From Spirogloea muscicola (Eukaryota): a stretch of DNA of 35,076 nt. The notes beneath the pieces are model-generated. The model did no database searches. It was not told the DNA's origin and saw only the letters and a program-made list of their open reading frames with translations. Of this stretch, positions 1 through 14,071 are shown one piece after another (positions within the stretch are counted from its first letter, which is position 1; each line of letters opens with the position of its first letter). The stretch is from NCBI GenBank assembly GCA_009602725.1, contig WELB01000007.1:98295-133370 (forward strand), in the 5' to 3' direction. The translations under genes and the position numbers were made by a program.

Positions 1-404
1 TTCAGGAATCGGCGGTGCAACTGAAGGCCGGTCCAGCCGCCTGCAAAATCCATCCAGCCACAAGTTGGCTCAGCAACGGACGGGCGGGCATGACTCGGCA
101 CGCCCGCAAAGCTTGCAAATTGTCGACACAATGCGTGCAATAGTACCTGGAAGAGCGGCAGTGCTCTTTGCTTGAGTTCAGGAATCGGCGGTGCAACTGA
201 AAGGCCGGTCCAGCCGCCTGCAAAGTCCATCCAGCCACAAGTTGGCTCAGCAACGGACGGGCGGGCATGACTTGGCACGCTCGCAAAGCTTGCACACTGT
301 CGACACAACGCGTGCAAACATACCTGGGAGAGCGGCAGTGCTGTTTGCTCGCGTTCAGGAATCGGCGGTGCAACTAAATGCCGGTCCAGCCGCCTGCAAA
401 GTCC
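1..404. repeat. Tandem repeat, 176-177 bp unit, ~2.3 copies visible (runs off the left edge)
   Basis: TTCAGGAATCGGCGGTGCAACT recurs at 1, 177 and 354. The intervening sequence (CCGGTCCAGCCGCCTGCAAA...CAAGTTGGCTCAGCAACGGACGGGCGGGCATGAC...) is repeated with scattered substitutions and a 1-nt indel. Confidence 0.95.
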
Positions 405-1094
405 CTGCAGGCACAGGATGAGTCAGCAACTCATGGCGGGCTTGTTTGGCGGCGTGCCCGCTATGCCCTCGGCGTACGCGGTGCAGCGCTTGTGGCAGCC
501 ACCCGCAGTTGCTGATTGCACCCCCATGCGAGCGCCAGCGTTGACGCACTGCCGCTGTTGTTCTCCTCGCAGCGCGAGCTTGCAGGTTGGAGGTTGCGTC
601 GAAGAAGGCAGGTCGCAAGTGGCTGCGGAATCTCTGCAGCCGGCAGTGCTCGTGCAGCATGCTCGCAGTGGCCTTGCGCTTGCGCGTCCGCGTGCCACCG
701 CCGGCGGCGGCGCCAGAGCGGGCGCGCCCGCCCTGCCCGGGCCGCCTGCGCTCGGTAAGCCAGTCGCAAGCAGTGGGAGTGGGAGCAGTTGTGCCTTGCT
801 TCTCTTCTCGTCCACCACCGCGGCGCGCACCTGCTCCCGCCCTGCGGCAGGCGGAGCGCCGAGCTGGCGCTCCGCTGTCGCACGTTTCCGCCGAATCTCC
901 GCACGTGCTGCTGGTGTGGCGGCTGGGCGCCCGGCGACCTCCGCCACGTATTGGTCATCCGACCTCGACCTCGACCCTTTCCGTGAGAAGGGGGGTAGGG
1001 GTTGCAGTCCAGTTGACGGCCCGGCGAACGGGAGTGGTTAATTAAGACCCAAACCCATGCTGAAGGGCCCATGGTCCCTTTCTTCCATTGCTTT

Positions 1095-1148
1095 TCCTGG
1101 GCTGGCTGATCACAGCCATCGCCCTCTACTGGAAGAGTCTTCCTCTCC
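1095..1148 (+). mobile_element. Degenerate 3'-tail remnant of the dispersed retroelement family
   Basis: TGGGCTGGCTGATCACAGCC followed by ATCGCCCTCTACTGGAAGAGTCTT resembles the tail at 15546-15597. It shares an exact 19-mer (TCACAGCCATCGCCCTCTA, 1110-1128) with the minus strand at 20443-20461. Confidence 0.5.
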
Positions 1149-1720
1149 ATAACAGGCGCAGCCAGGCGGCTCGCTTGCGGCCTGGCACCTGGGCTGCGCG
1201 AGTTGGCACTCGGGGTTCTCGGCATTGCTTGGGCTTTGGCGCCCTCCTGGTAAATCAGGAATTCAGCACTCTTGTTCAGAGCAGGTGGTGTTGCTACACA
1301 ATGCAGCTGTCAGTATGCAAGCCGAGATGCCCATGCTCTGCACCCGTATTTGGAGTGGACAGCTATCTTTCAAGTCTTTGGCACACTGATTTGTCTCCTT
1401 CGTAATGACTCGCATGACATTGGAGCACCTGTTATAAGCTTCTGAGCTTACTAACATCCCGCTGCAAACACCTTTGGCATGGCCACCTTTACTAGTTGGT
1501 GCACCACCTGTTTTTGGTTCCTTTTAATGTCACCACTTAGCAAGATTTTGAGCAGTGCAAAGTAATGAAAGGCAATGTGCCGCTGGCTTTGACCTTGGTC
1601 ACTGTGCTCACTATCAAGCACTGCAAGTAGGGGCAGTGCGACTACTCGGACTTGAAATGAAGTTGCTGATACGAGTGTGCTGTGCACAGATTGCATTCTT
1701 TACTATAGCGAGGACCTCAA

Positions 1721-4700
1721 CTAGCGTGCAACTTTGTGTACAGGGCTGTGGTTATGCAAAGGGCAGTGGTCAGCGTAAAGTTGCGCAGCTGCTCTGTGGA
1801 GCAAGCAGTGCCTAGCCGCCAGCACCTGAAGACAACCAGAGCGGGTTCATGACATGTCAGCCATCTTGTCAACCCTAGATAGGCAACTGCAGAATCGGCT
1901 GAAAGCTTTTAAGTGGTGTGCTCCATCCTGAGAATGTTGCACCTACAGATGAAAGACGATATCAATATGATCCAATGCTACAGGAGAGAAACCGCACAGA
2001 GATGTCCTCGTGATACCCGCCGCCCACAAAGCCCGCAACAGGGATCCCTGAGCCCAGGCAGGTGTCTAGCACCTGTTTAAGAGCCGCACACTACCAGAGT
2101 CAGCTCGGGACTTGTACTGCACTCTTTCAATTAGCGTGTGCACATCATTTCAAACGCCACATGTAACTGTGAAACATGGTAACGGTGCTTCTGGTGATCC
2201 CATGTTGCAAATTCAGATCGCGACATGCTATTTTACTGAAGAAGGTGCACATGTAGTGGTGTCAATATTGACTGCTTACCTGCAGCTCGCGCTGATGAAG
2301 GCCCTCACTGGTCAAGCTTAGCCTGTCATAGCAGCAACAAGCTCAAAGCTGTTCAATAGTATTCACAATTATCGTATATTGGAATTGAGCAGAGTAATGC
2401 AGCACTTTGATCTAGGCTATATATCTCTTAAACACGTTGAAGTAGGAACTAGTACATATCTCCAGATGGTAGTACCTGCCTAGTGTGTCGTCCTTGTGGG
2501 GGTCCACTCCAGCGTCATAGAGGACCAGGCTAGGACGGAATGATGAGAGAACCTAGAGCGCCGCTCCTACAATTTTCAAGTCAGTAAGACAGATCAGAGC
2601 AGGCGTGCTCCGATCTTATCAGCACATCTTGACGTACAAAGAAGGGGCTGCTACATGGTCTCTGTTATCAACTGCAAAAACTTGTTGCTTATCCAGCAGG
2701 TGAAGACCTCCGTCATTGACCTGTGGAAGATGATGAGCCACAAGCCGAAGGTACTCTGCGTCACCCGTGCCAACTGGGATGTCAACGTCCAAGTCGCTGA
2801 CCTGATCCCATCAGAGAAAACTTGAGCCATCAACAGCTGGCAAGGAAGTTGCCATGGCCAGCCACTGATCTGCGTCCTACTCAATACCAATGCAGGCAGC
2901 CCAATGCGAGCAACATGCATAGCAATTCCTCACCTGCTTCCTGGTGGGAAAGTTGGCACCGCAGTGCATGCTCAGGGTGAACACCCGGGGCTCTCCAGTG
3001 AAGATTGCGGCTGTGCCATCTCCCTGAGGTGGAAACCCTTGTGTGAGAGATATGCCTTCTGTGTAGCAATGACTGAACAGGCACGTAACTTGAACCCAAT
3101 GCATAAGCTTGTCACTGTTGCATCATTATTCGTCAGTATGACTGCGTCTGTGGACCCTTGCATGACTGGACATAGAGGAAACCAGATTGGAGGTGAAATA
3201 TGAGGGTTTTTGGCCTCAGATCTTAAAGCCTAGGAGCAACGAATTCTGGACAAGGGTTCTGGCCAGGATGTACAGGACTGAACCTTGTCCTTTGAGCTGA
3301 CTGCCACACCTGGTGCACGTCCAGATCAAGGATCAGGACGCGGTCCACTTCCCCTCTCTCTAGCAGTACTGCTGCAGCGATCTGTGGACCAAGACTGGAC
3401 AAAGCCTCAGTCGCAATGCACACATGCATGACTTTCAGAAGCTACTGCAATTGATGGTTTATATTCAGTTTGAGACTGTTGGGTTCCAACGGTTCCCCAT
3501 TCAATGTGTGCAAAGCTATTACAATACGGATGTTTGTGGGCAACTAACTGCCAGATCATTGATGATGCAGAAGCCGGAACCAAAGTCCCGATGAGCATGA
3601 TGAGTGCCTGAATCAGAATATTTGCAGTGCAGAAGGTTCCCATTAGAATCTGCAGGCAGCATAATGTCATATCCTCACAGCTAGCTCACTCTTGGTCACC
3701 AGATTGCTGTGTACACCACAAACATCTGTGAACAAGCTGATCAAGCCATGCTTGATTTTGAAGGCGGCTGTTTCGGATATGGAGCGGTATCTGGGGTACC
3801 TCCTGCTGTGTTGCAGGCCAGGCCATGCTCCAGCGCAAGCTCGGCCGTCAGCAGGGTCCCTGCCACCTACGAGGCAACAACACATCAATCAGGTCTTTGC
3901 AAGACCACTGTGAGGGTTTGCATACCAGCTGGCACAGAACACAGGGTCTAGGGCGTCAGAGATTCACTCCTCTATCTAAGGTGTGACGAAATCACGGACT
4001 TGACTTTCGATCAATTAGATCTAAAACCTCGCATGAATGTATAAAATACTATCGTTTGGCGGCACCTCGCTGAGTGTGCGCTCCACAAGCACCGGGGTCC
4101 ACTCGAGGCCAATGCGCTTCATGCACGCCCTGCTCAGCCGGCCATTGCAGAAATCCTCAATGTACTGCCGCTCGTGGACCTGCACATACAACATGCCGTG
4201 CTAAGAAGATCCATATTCACTTGCATCTAAACAGACTGCCCCGCGGTGGTTGCTGAAGACTGATTACTGCATCTTTCTAGCTGACATTCTTCACGCAGCC
4301 TTTCCACTTGATAGCGAGAAAGAGCGCCAGCCACATTGTTGAGAACGTGTGTGAAAATACTGAAGGCTCGAGCACTGTGCTTGCAAGCGCGGGCTGCATG
4401 ATACGATCGAGTACCAAGCACATCTGGGCCAGCGTGGGCATAGACTGGGGCACGTGCACCTGCGAGCATATGGGCACTGCAGGTTGGCAAATTGCAGCTC
4501 AAGCTTGAGCTGGCAAGGCTCGGCCTCGCACGCTGTCCGCTGCACGAGCAGCCATGTGCAGGCTGCTGCAGCTCTTCGTTTTTGCCATAGCTATCTACCA
4601 GTGACCTTCTTCCAATCCTCTATATTGTAATCTATATACAGTAGCTTATGCTTTCTCTTATGTGTCCGTTTGTTTGTAAGCGGTGAAATGTTGGAGCAAG

Positions 4701-4917
4701 CATCACTGACCTCGTCGAGGTGGGTGAGCCCAGTAGACAGGAGCTCCTCATAGATCGCCCGGAAGACGGCCATGGGAAAGCGGTGGCCCGGCGGGAGCTG
4801 CGGCGCGCTATACGCCGGGTGATAGACTGTGGGCACGCCGCCGCTGCGCCTCGGCCCGCTCGCCGCGGAGAACGCTGCACACTGCGGACTGTGCAGCACG
4901 CTCACGAGTTGTGCCAT
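1721..4917 (-). CDS. Zn-dependent histone deacetylase superfamily protein, bacterial/cyanobacterial type (SYNPCC7002_A1628-like), ~12 exons
   Basis: Spliced translation: MAQLV...VPTVYHPAYSAPQLPPGHRFPMAVF / VHERQYIEDFCNG..KRIGLEW / VAGTLLTAELALEHGLACNTAGG / THHAHRDFGSGFCIINDLA / ..VLILDLDVHQ / GDGTAAIF..VFTLSMHCGANFPTRKQ / VSDLDV / LYDAGVDPHKDDTLGR / VGGGY / ..ARHCLLHRAA..stop at 1721. The HDAC catalytic and metal motifs (HH, DxH, D, GGGY) are present, and the junctions are GT-AG. Confidence 0.93.
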
Positions 4918-5862
4918 CAGCAACAGCGACCATTTCTGTAATATGTAAAATCAAAACGGTCACGATATGGGGTAAAATACGAAAAAAATTGATATGAAAT
5001 CCTACAGGGGCGGATGATATGATGCCGTCCTGGAAGGCAGCAGCAGCAGGGCCTGGCCTAGGCGGCATAACCCCTGAGATTTAACTGTTTGTAAGAAGGT
5101 CATAAGGTGACGCTCTCAGCGCTGCGGCCTGGTGCTTTGATGCAGCTCAGCAGGCAGCGGCCGGCACGGCGCTGTTGACAAGTGCATGAAGCTCCACAAG
5201 GGATCAACGCATTGCTGCCAAGCACAATGCAAGGCCCTAAGGCTCTACCACTGATGGCTGGGATTCTTAGACAATTACTGGGGTGGCTGTTGCAGATGTT
5301 CAGGATCTGGAGTCCAAGGTTTTATGACTGATGGCTGAAAGTGAAGGTAATCTCTGGGATGGCTGTTGCAAGGGTTTGGGGTGTTGGATCCGCTTCAGGG
5401 TGCTCACGAGTTGATGCGGAGCCGCGGCGCTGCCGGCGCCGGAGGAGCGCCGCCGCCACCGGCGGCCNNNNNNNNNNNNNNNNNNNNNNNNNNNNNNNNN
5501 NNNNNNNNNNNNNNNNNNNNNNNNNNNNNNNNNNNNNNNNNNNNNNNNNNNNNNANNNNNNNNNNNNNNNNNNNNNNNNNNNNNNNNNNNNNNNNNNNNN
5601 NNNNNNNNNNNNNNNNNNNNNNNNNNNNNNNNNNNNNNNNNNNNNNNNNNNNNNNNNNNNNNNNNNNNNNNNNNNNNNNNNNNNNNNNNNNNNNNNNNNN
5701 NNNNNNNNNNNNNNNNNNNNNNNNNNNNNNNNNNNNNNNNNNNNNNNNNNNNNNNNNNNNNNNNNNNNNNNNNNNNNNNNNNNNNNNNNNNNNNNNNNNN
5801 NNNNNNNNNNNNNNNNNNNNNNNNNNNNNNNNNNNNNNNNNNNNNNNNNNNNNNNNNNNNNN

Positions 5863-7260
5863 GGCGAGCGCGCGCCTGGCGCCCGCCCTCACCCGGCTAG
5901 GTGGCCGCCGCCGGCGGGCAGGGCCGGGGGTGGCGGTGCGGGCCAGCGCCGGCAGCGAGTCCAAGGAGGAGAAGGTGAGCGGCCAGCCAGGCCCGCCGCC
6001 GCCGCCGCCGCCTAACGGCAGCACTTCTGTAACGGTGGCTCGGAGTGGCTGCTGGCGATGCATAGCCTGGCCCCCTCCTCTTGTACATGGGTCTCGCCGT
6101 GGCCGATTACTGGCCTTAAATTATCCCTAACTACTTTGAGTCAATCTGTTGAGTCAATACATCGAGTCAACATTCACTCTTGATATACAAGTGTTGATGA
6201 GTCACTATCTCGAGTCAACATAATGAGTCAAAGTCTACGCGAGTCAACATTTACTCTTGATATTCAAGTGTCGTGAGTCAGTATGTCGAGTCAATAGATG
6301 GAGTCGAAATTTACTCTCTATATACACAAGTGTGGGATGTAGTAGTTGGCACTCGCTCCCTGCTCCTTGAGCCTTGACCCTGGGCTCCATTGGCCGGTGG
6401 CAGGTGCCCTTTGGATACACCCGCAAGGACGTGATCCTCGTGGGCGTTGGCGTGCTCGTTGCCGGCGTGGCGCTCAAGTACGGCCTTGAGGTACTCAACC
6501 ACTCTCCTGCGCAGCAGCCGCAGTAATCGCTACCGCCGTCTTGTCAGACGTCAAGGCCGCAGAGGCGGCCAAAGGGACCCACAACAGGCTCACTGCAGCC
6601 ACCTTCCCCGACCATTGCAGCTGGCAGGCGTAGATTCCCTGCGAGCGGGCAACGTGGTGCAGCTGCTGCTGGTGCTGTGCCTCATGCTTGGCTACACAGC
6701 GACATACGTCTTCCGCGTCGGCAACAAGGAGATGACGTATGTCAAGCAGCTGAAAGACTACGAGGATAAGGTCATGCAGGTGTGTTGACGCCGCTGCCGC
6801 CGCTGCCCCTGCTGCTGCCACTGCTGCCGCATCCTCAGCCAGCTGTGCATGCGTGGAGGCAGCCAACGAGGAAGCGTCGTGTTGGCACGTTACTGACTGC
6901 TACCAGCTCAGAAGCAGCTCATCATAAGTCACCTAAGCTCACAGCTGAAGAACTTACCTAGGAGCTCCCAGATTTGGTCTTAGCTTATATGTCAGGTTGC
7001 AAGCAGCAGGCACACCTTAAGTGATGATAACCTGCGACACAATGTGATTTCCTAGAGCTGCCGGTGCAGCAACTGCAATGCTTTGTAGTTGCCTGGACCT
7101 GTGCATTTGACCGCTTCCATTTGTGGCACTCGCTGCCTGTCTGTGTGGTGGTGTCAAGCAGAAGCGACTGGAAGAGCTGCCAGAGGCGGAGCTTGAGGCG
7201 ATGCTGGCGGAAATTGAGGAAGAGAAGCAGCGGCTGCGCGAGAAACGAAAGCAGCCATAG
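5863..7260 (+). CDS. DUF3007 family membrane protein, probably plastid-targeted; start codon hidden in the N gap 5468-5862
   Basis: Exons <5863-5974, 6404-6490, 6621-6779, 7162-7260 give ..GVAVRASAGSESKEEK/VPFGYTRKDVILVGVGVLVAGVALKYGLE/LAGVDSLRAGNVVQLLLVLCLMLGYTATYVFRVGNKEMTYVKQLKDYEDKVMQ/KRLEELPEAELEAMLAEIEEEK..stop. This is the typical DUF3007 signature (TY.FRV..K.MTY..QL.DYE..VMQKRLEEL), with a VRA transit-peptide-like motif upstream. Confidence 0.88.
6127..6349. repeat. AT-rich intronic array with ten same-strand GAGTC motifs
   Basis: GAGTC at 6138, 6151, 6164, 6199, 6212, 6225, 6241, 6275, 6288 and 6301. A higher-order unit GAGTCAACATT(C/T)ACTCTTGATAT(A/T)CAAGTG appears at 6164 and 6241, with a degenerate copy at 6301. 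Confidence 0.85.
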
Positions 7261-8129
7261 CCGCTGCAGCCGCCGCAGCATCTAGAATCTTGCCTTGCCG
7301 GCCAGCTTCACCACCACAGTGACGGTGGCCCTTTCCCTGCTAAGTCTTGCCTGCGGCATGCACAGATTCAACGACTCCACTTCAAATACTCATCATGTAT
7401 TCTATCCCAACTAGAAAATCACAATCAGTGCTCGAAATGCTGAACAAGATCTGCCGCCAGGCGTGCAGTCCACTTAGAGCGTGCTAGACCGCAATGAGCT
7501 CGGTCTCCCCAATCTTGCATGCTCCACTGGGTCCTCGAGATCTTGCCAGTGGCTCCTTAAGGAGTGCTGCAAGTTATGCGAGGCTACTTGCCTAGGTTAG
7601 CTGGACTTGTCGGCGGACTCCATGTGTCAGCACTCATGCATGTCATCGTTCCTAGGTGTTGACAACGGTGTCCAGCGAACACCCAGAATCACCCAAAACG
7701 GCCCCCAGACTGTCGACCCACATACCAAAACCTTCACAACCAGATCTTGACTTGCGCTCATGTGCTCCCATGTATTCCGGCTCATGGGATGATAGTGAGG
7801 AACCAGGCTCTGTGCAGCTAGCCTGAGGCCTCAGAAGGTCATTTTACGCTCGCTGATGTGAGAAGGGGGCCTGCTCTGCTGGATGCAGGCCGTGGCCTGC
7901 GGCTGAGACCTACCGTGCCAAGAGCCTCTACTCTCAACATGTCTTTGCGAGAGAGAAGGCGCGCGGTGCGCATGAAATTGAAAGGGATGCCAATTCTAGC
8001 CTTACAAATGTCCTGTTAACTGGGTAATGAGCTTAGCTTTGCGAAGCTTTGCTTGTAATGCCCACAAGTCTTACATCAAAGTAGCAAGTCCCTTTCCTTG
8101 GTCGATGAAAGAGTTTGAGTCTTCTCAAG

Positions 8130-8350
8130 CTACACCTACGTCGTGCTCTCTGTCTGGTGGGGACTGCTTTCCGGCGGCTAGTCTTTCTGACTTGCGGCTG
8201 TCAACTAGAGGTTGAAGAAATTTTATTCTACATGGTACTTGCTTAATTATCCTCAATGGGCGAGCTCTTTCTTCTTAATTATGTGTTCCAGCGCTTTCCG
8301 GCCCCTTCGGACCTCGTCAGAATTCTGGGCTGGCTTTTCACAGCCCAGAG
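8130..8350 (+). mobile_element. Decayed 3' end of a CRE-like non-LTR retrotransposon (ORF C-terminus plus tail motifs)
   Basis: The frame ending at 8215 reads ..SGGDCFPAASLSDLRLSTRG*, matching ..SGQGTRFQEPSISDLRLLRRGY* at 15459. It is followed by CCTCAATGGGCGAGC (8251) and TGGGCTGGCTTTTCACAGCCC (~8326-8346), both shared with 14960-15600. Confidence 0.65.
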
Positions 8351-8812
8351 GTGCCCATTTCTCTTGGGAACACCATAACAAATGTGACATGTTGGTTGCC
8401 CGCAGCTTCAAAAAGGAAACACACTGAGCCCGTGACGATCTCTCACCAGTACACAGCGCACAGTGTGATGAGCTGAATCTGATCCTATCAGCAGCAAAGC
8501 TATTCGCAACAATGTGCATCTTTCAGGAAACGGAGTGTGTATTAGTGATGTACTTGGCCACGTACAAAAAGCAAGCACAGTAACAGATATGCATCACCTG
8601 CTGCTAAGCCCGCTCACGAACCACGAGTCAGCACATAGAGTTCGCTCAGGTCCAGGAGCATGGATCCTGGAGGCTGAGACTTGGCAGTGAAGCAGCAAGT
8701 GAAGCACGACTACGAAGCGCCGAGCTTCCGGCCACTGATCGCTGCCGGCAACTCCGCGTCGGCTCTCGAGGTTGTTGCCGCTTCTCCTGGCTCTCGGTCT
8801 CGACGGCGCCTG

Positions 8813-10742
8813 ATGGTGGCGCCGGCATTGGCAGCGGTGCCTGCTGTGTGGCCAGTGCGGCAATGGGCTCCATTGGGATTTTGGCGGAGGCTGGGAGGTG
8901 ACGGCTGCTTCAGTACACCTGTACTGCGGAAGCTCCATCGTTGCGTGGTTGGCGGAACATCGCTAGCTGCTGTGCCACTGCAGCAGTCCCAGCAGCGCCC
9001 ACAAGGCAAAACTGCGACTGCCGCCGCCAAGGGAAAGGGCTTCGGCGAGCTCCTGCGGCAGCGCAGAAGGGCGGAGGACGGCGGCGTCGGCGTCGGCGAG
9101 GGGTCCACTGGCGAGGCGGTGGCAGCGGCGGCGTCAGCCAAGGGCGAGGAGGGCAGCAGGCCCTGCCCCTGCGGTGGCGGCGCCGAGAGGCTGGCGTATG
9201 ACCAATGCTGCCGGCGCTTCCACGGTGGCGCTGTCGAGCCGGACGCCCTCACCCTCATGAGTGAGAGCTGCCAGCTGCATGCACGTCATTGTTGTATACG
9301 ACCTCTACGTATGAATGAGCTACTTTGGGGAGTTGACATGTACTTCGGCTGAGTCTGAGTCTCATTGGCTTATGCCTTGCAGCCAGAATAACCAGATATA
9401 ATAGCCATATTGGACATATAAGGAACTTTGAGGAGGATCTGTTAAGTCTAAAGTTTGTCGCGTAGACCAGACTTTTATGAACAGCTATGGGAGAAGCCCT
9501 GCGGCTACAGAGAGTAAAGTAGTCAGTCCCCAACGCTCGTCAGTGCAATCTGCAATCAGCAGCCTCGAGGGTCATTACGGGATTAAACTAAAGTGTAGCT
9601 CATTGCAGCTCGTGGCAGACGGTGTCTGCATGAGTTGCCATCACTGTATCCGGCCAGCTGTCAAGCAGACCTTCTTTCAGACGGCGGAGTCTTTGACTTC
9701 ACCTGTGCTGCTGCGGACTGATTGTGGTCATGAACCCTGACAAGCTCTTGGGGCTGCTGGCGCCGGCGGCAGAGGCCAGGTACTCGGCGTACGCCAAGGG
9801 CGTTGTGCCATACATTGTGCGCACGACGCACCCCGACAACCCCGATGTTGCAGGTTCGGCACCAGCCTCAATCACCATTTCTAGCTTCCCTTGTTTCAGA
9901 TACCCCTTCCTTCGGGTACCGCCATTACCAGTGGGCAGACCAGAGGGCGAGCTGAGATGTGTCCCCCAGTCCCTGTGCTGGCACGATCATGCATCTCCTA
10001 GTAATGTGGATGTTGCCAGTCCCATGGTGCTGAAGACGGCAACCCTTAGTGCAGAGCGTGGTGGGAGCCTGGCGGCAGACGCTGAGACAACATGCAAGCA
10101 ACTGGTTTTCAAGCGCCTTGAGATACGAGACCATACCCTGACGCCCACAAGCGCGGACGAGGTCGTCCCCTGCCTCACTGCCTGTAGCTTGCTGCCCTCT
10201 GTACGCCATTCAGCGCAGGAGCTGTACTGGCTGGGCTGTCATTCATATCAAATAACATTCTCTAGGTTGCTGGCATCTTCCAACTTATCTAGCTCAATTG
10301 GGGAATCCTTGCTCGCCAGTCACGCCCAATTGAGGTCCTACCAATGTCAAGCCTGACTGCTGTATCCCGTCAACACTTAGCCACCTGGATGTCAGTGGGC
10401 TTTGACTGCCGCCTTAAATGTCTCTTACTTGTTGCATGGTTGTCAAGATCACATCTCTGGTCATAGAGCAGTTTGCCGTTTTCATGCAGCTCCGTGTAGC
10501 CCCTCCTGCAGGACTTCGTGTCCTTCCGAGTGACCTACTCCATGACCAAAGTTGGGAAGCGTGGCGAGGACAAAGTCCTGGTAGAAACAAGCAAATTCCT
10601 GAGAAGCGAAGGTCGGTGGCTTTACCGGGAGAAGCTCACTACAGATATCACCTCCGACAAGGGGTGGGAGAATGCCATCTGGATGCAGGATGAGCGCGCC
10701 CCCGGCAAGCAGGCAAGGACGTACAATCTGAAAACCAAATAA
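8813..10742 (+). CDS. YchJ / UPF0225 family protein with SEC-C-like Cys motif and long N-terminal extension
   Basis: Exons 8813-9260, 9773-9853, 10055-10161, 10512-10742 give ..AKGKGFG..RPCPCGGGAERLAYDQCCRRFHGGAVEPDALTLM/KARYSAYAKGVVPYIVRTTHP/../DFVSFRVTY..LVETSKFLRSEGRWLYRE. These are the YchJ hallmarks CPCG..Y..CC..H, LM.aRYSAY and E.S.F....GrW.Y. The start is the first in-frame ATG after an upstream stop. Confidence 0.88.
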
Positions 10743-11430
10743 TATCATCTGCTTGCTTTTTGTCCTAGTTCCTTCTTGATGGAGAAAGACTCTTCCAGTA
10801 GAGGGCAATGGTTGTGATTGCAATTGTGTATACTGAACATCTCAGACTGCTGGGCTCTCACAAGACAAGGCATGTGGACCAGCTGCCCTGAGCTTCAAGG
10901 GGCCACTTCAAATATCTTTGCTGCCATGACAGCTATTCAGCATTCGCCTCAACTTGACTAGGCTAGCAAAGCAGTCTTCACCTACATTTAAGGCCATGTG
11001 AGCTCGGTTGGGTTACAATCATTGCTTGCCATTTCTACAAGCCGCTTATGGGAGTCCTTGGCAGACTTGCATGGGCTCGGCAACAGCCATCAGTCAGGTT
11101 CCTTACAAGCATTGCAGCAGGCTTGAAGAGACGAGGCTCTGTCCAGCCTATGGCATGCATATTGCCTGTCGCAGGGCTCCACTTGGGTATAGATTGGAGC
11201 ATAAGGATGGTACAGTGTGCAGGTCCAGTGACATGCCAATTCATAGCTGACTTTTGACATTTAATGAGCACAATCCAGGAACCTAGTCTCGAAATGCCTC
11301 AAGCTGTGAGGAACACCACCCAATCACTTAGTAGATAGACTAAGATGCCTCTTTACTTCAACTCTTTGGGGGTTCTTCGGCAGTGGTCTTGTCGGCCAGG
11401 TCAAGCTTTACCCTCGTGATGCTCACAACT

Positions 11431-14071
<2,641 letters not shown>

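Noticed and set aside
1..404. CRISPR-like array (also considered for 6138-6305)
   Set aside because: Whole units are repeated with no unique spacers, the context is eukaryotic, and there are no cas genes.
418..1225. Overlapping long ORFs on both strands
   Set aside because: High GC explains the lack of stops and there is no recognisable domain. A minus-strand orphan exon is possible, but I cannot fix its frame or product.
5005..5076. CAGGGG...CCCCTG inverted ends with an inner ATGCCG/CGGCAT stem as a MITE
   Set aside because: The repeats are very short, there is no target-site duplication, and there is no second copy in the window.
5468..5862. Long ORFs spanning the N gaps (also 27519-27705 and 31969-32403)
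   Set aside because: They are open only because N codons contain no stops. The gaps coincide with very GC-rich first exons and are likely sequencing dropouts.
5200..7750. Weak inverted similarity between 5215-5390 and 7520-7750 (e.g. GATCTGG.....AAGGTTTT)
   Set aside because: The matches are short and not collinear, and cannot be separated from chance by eye.
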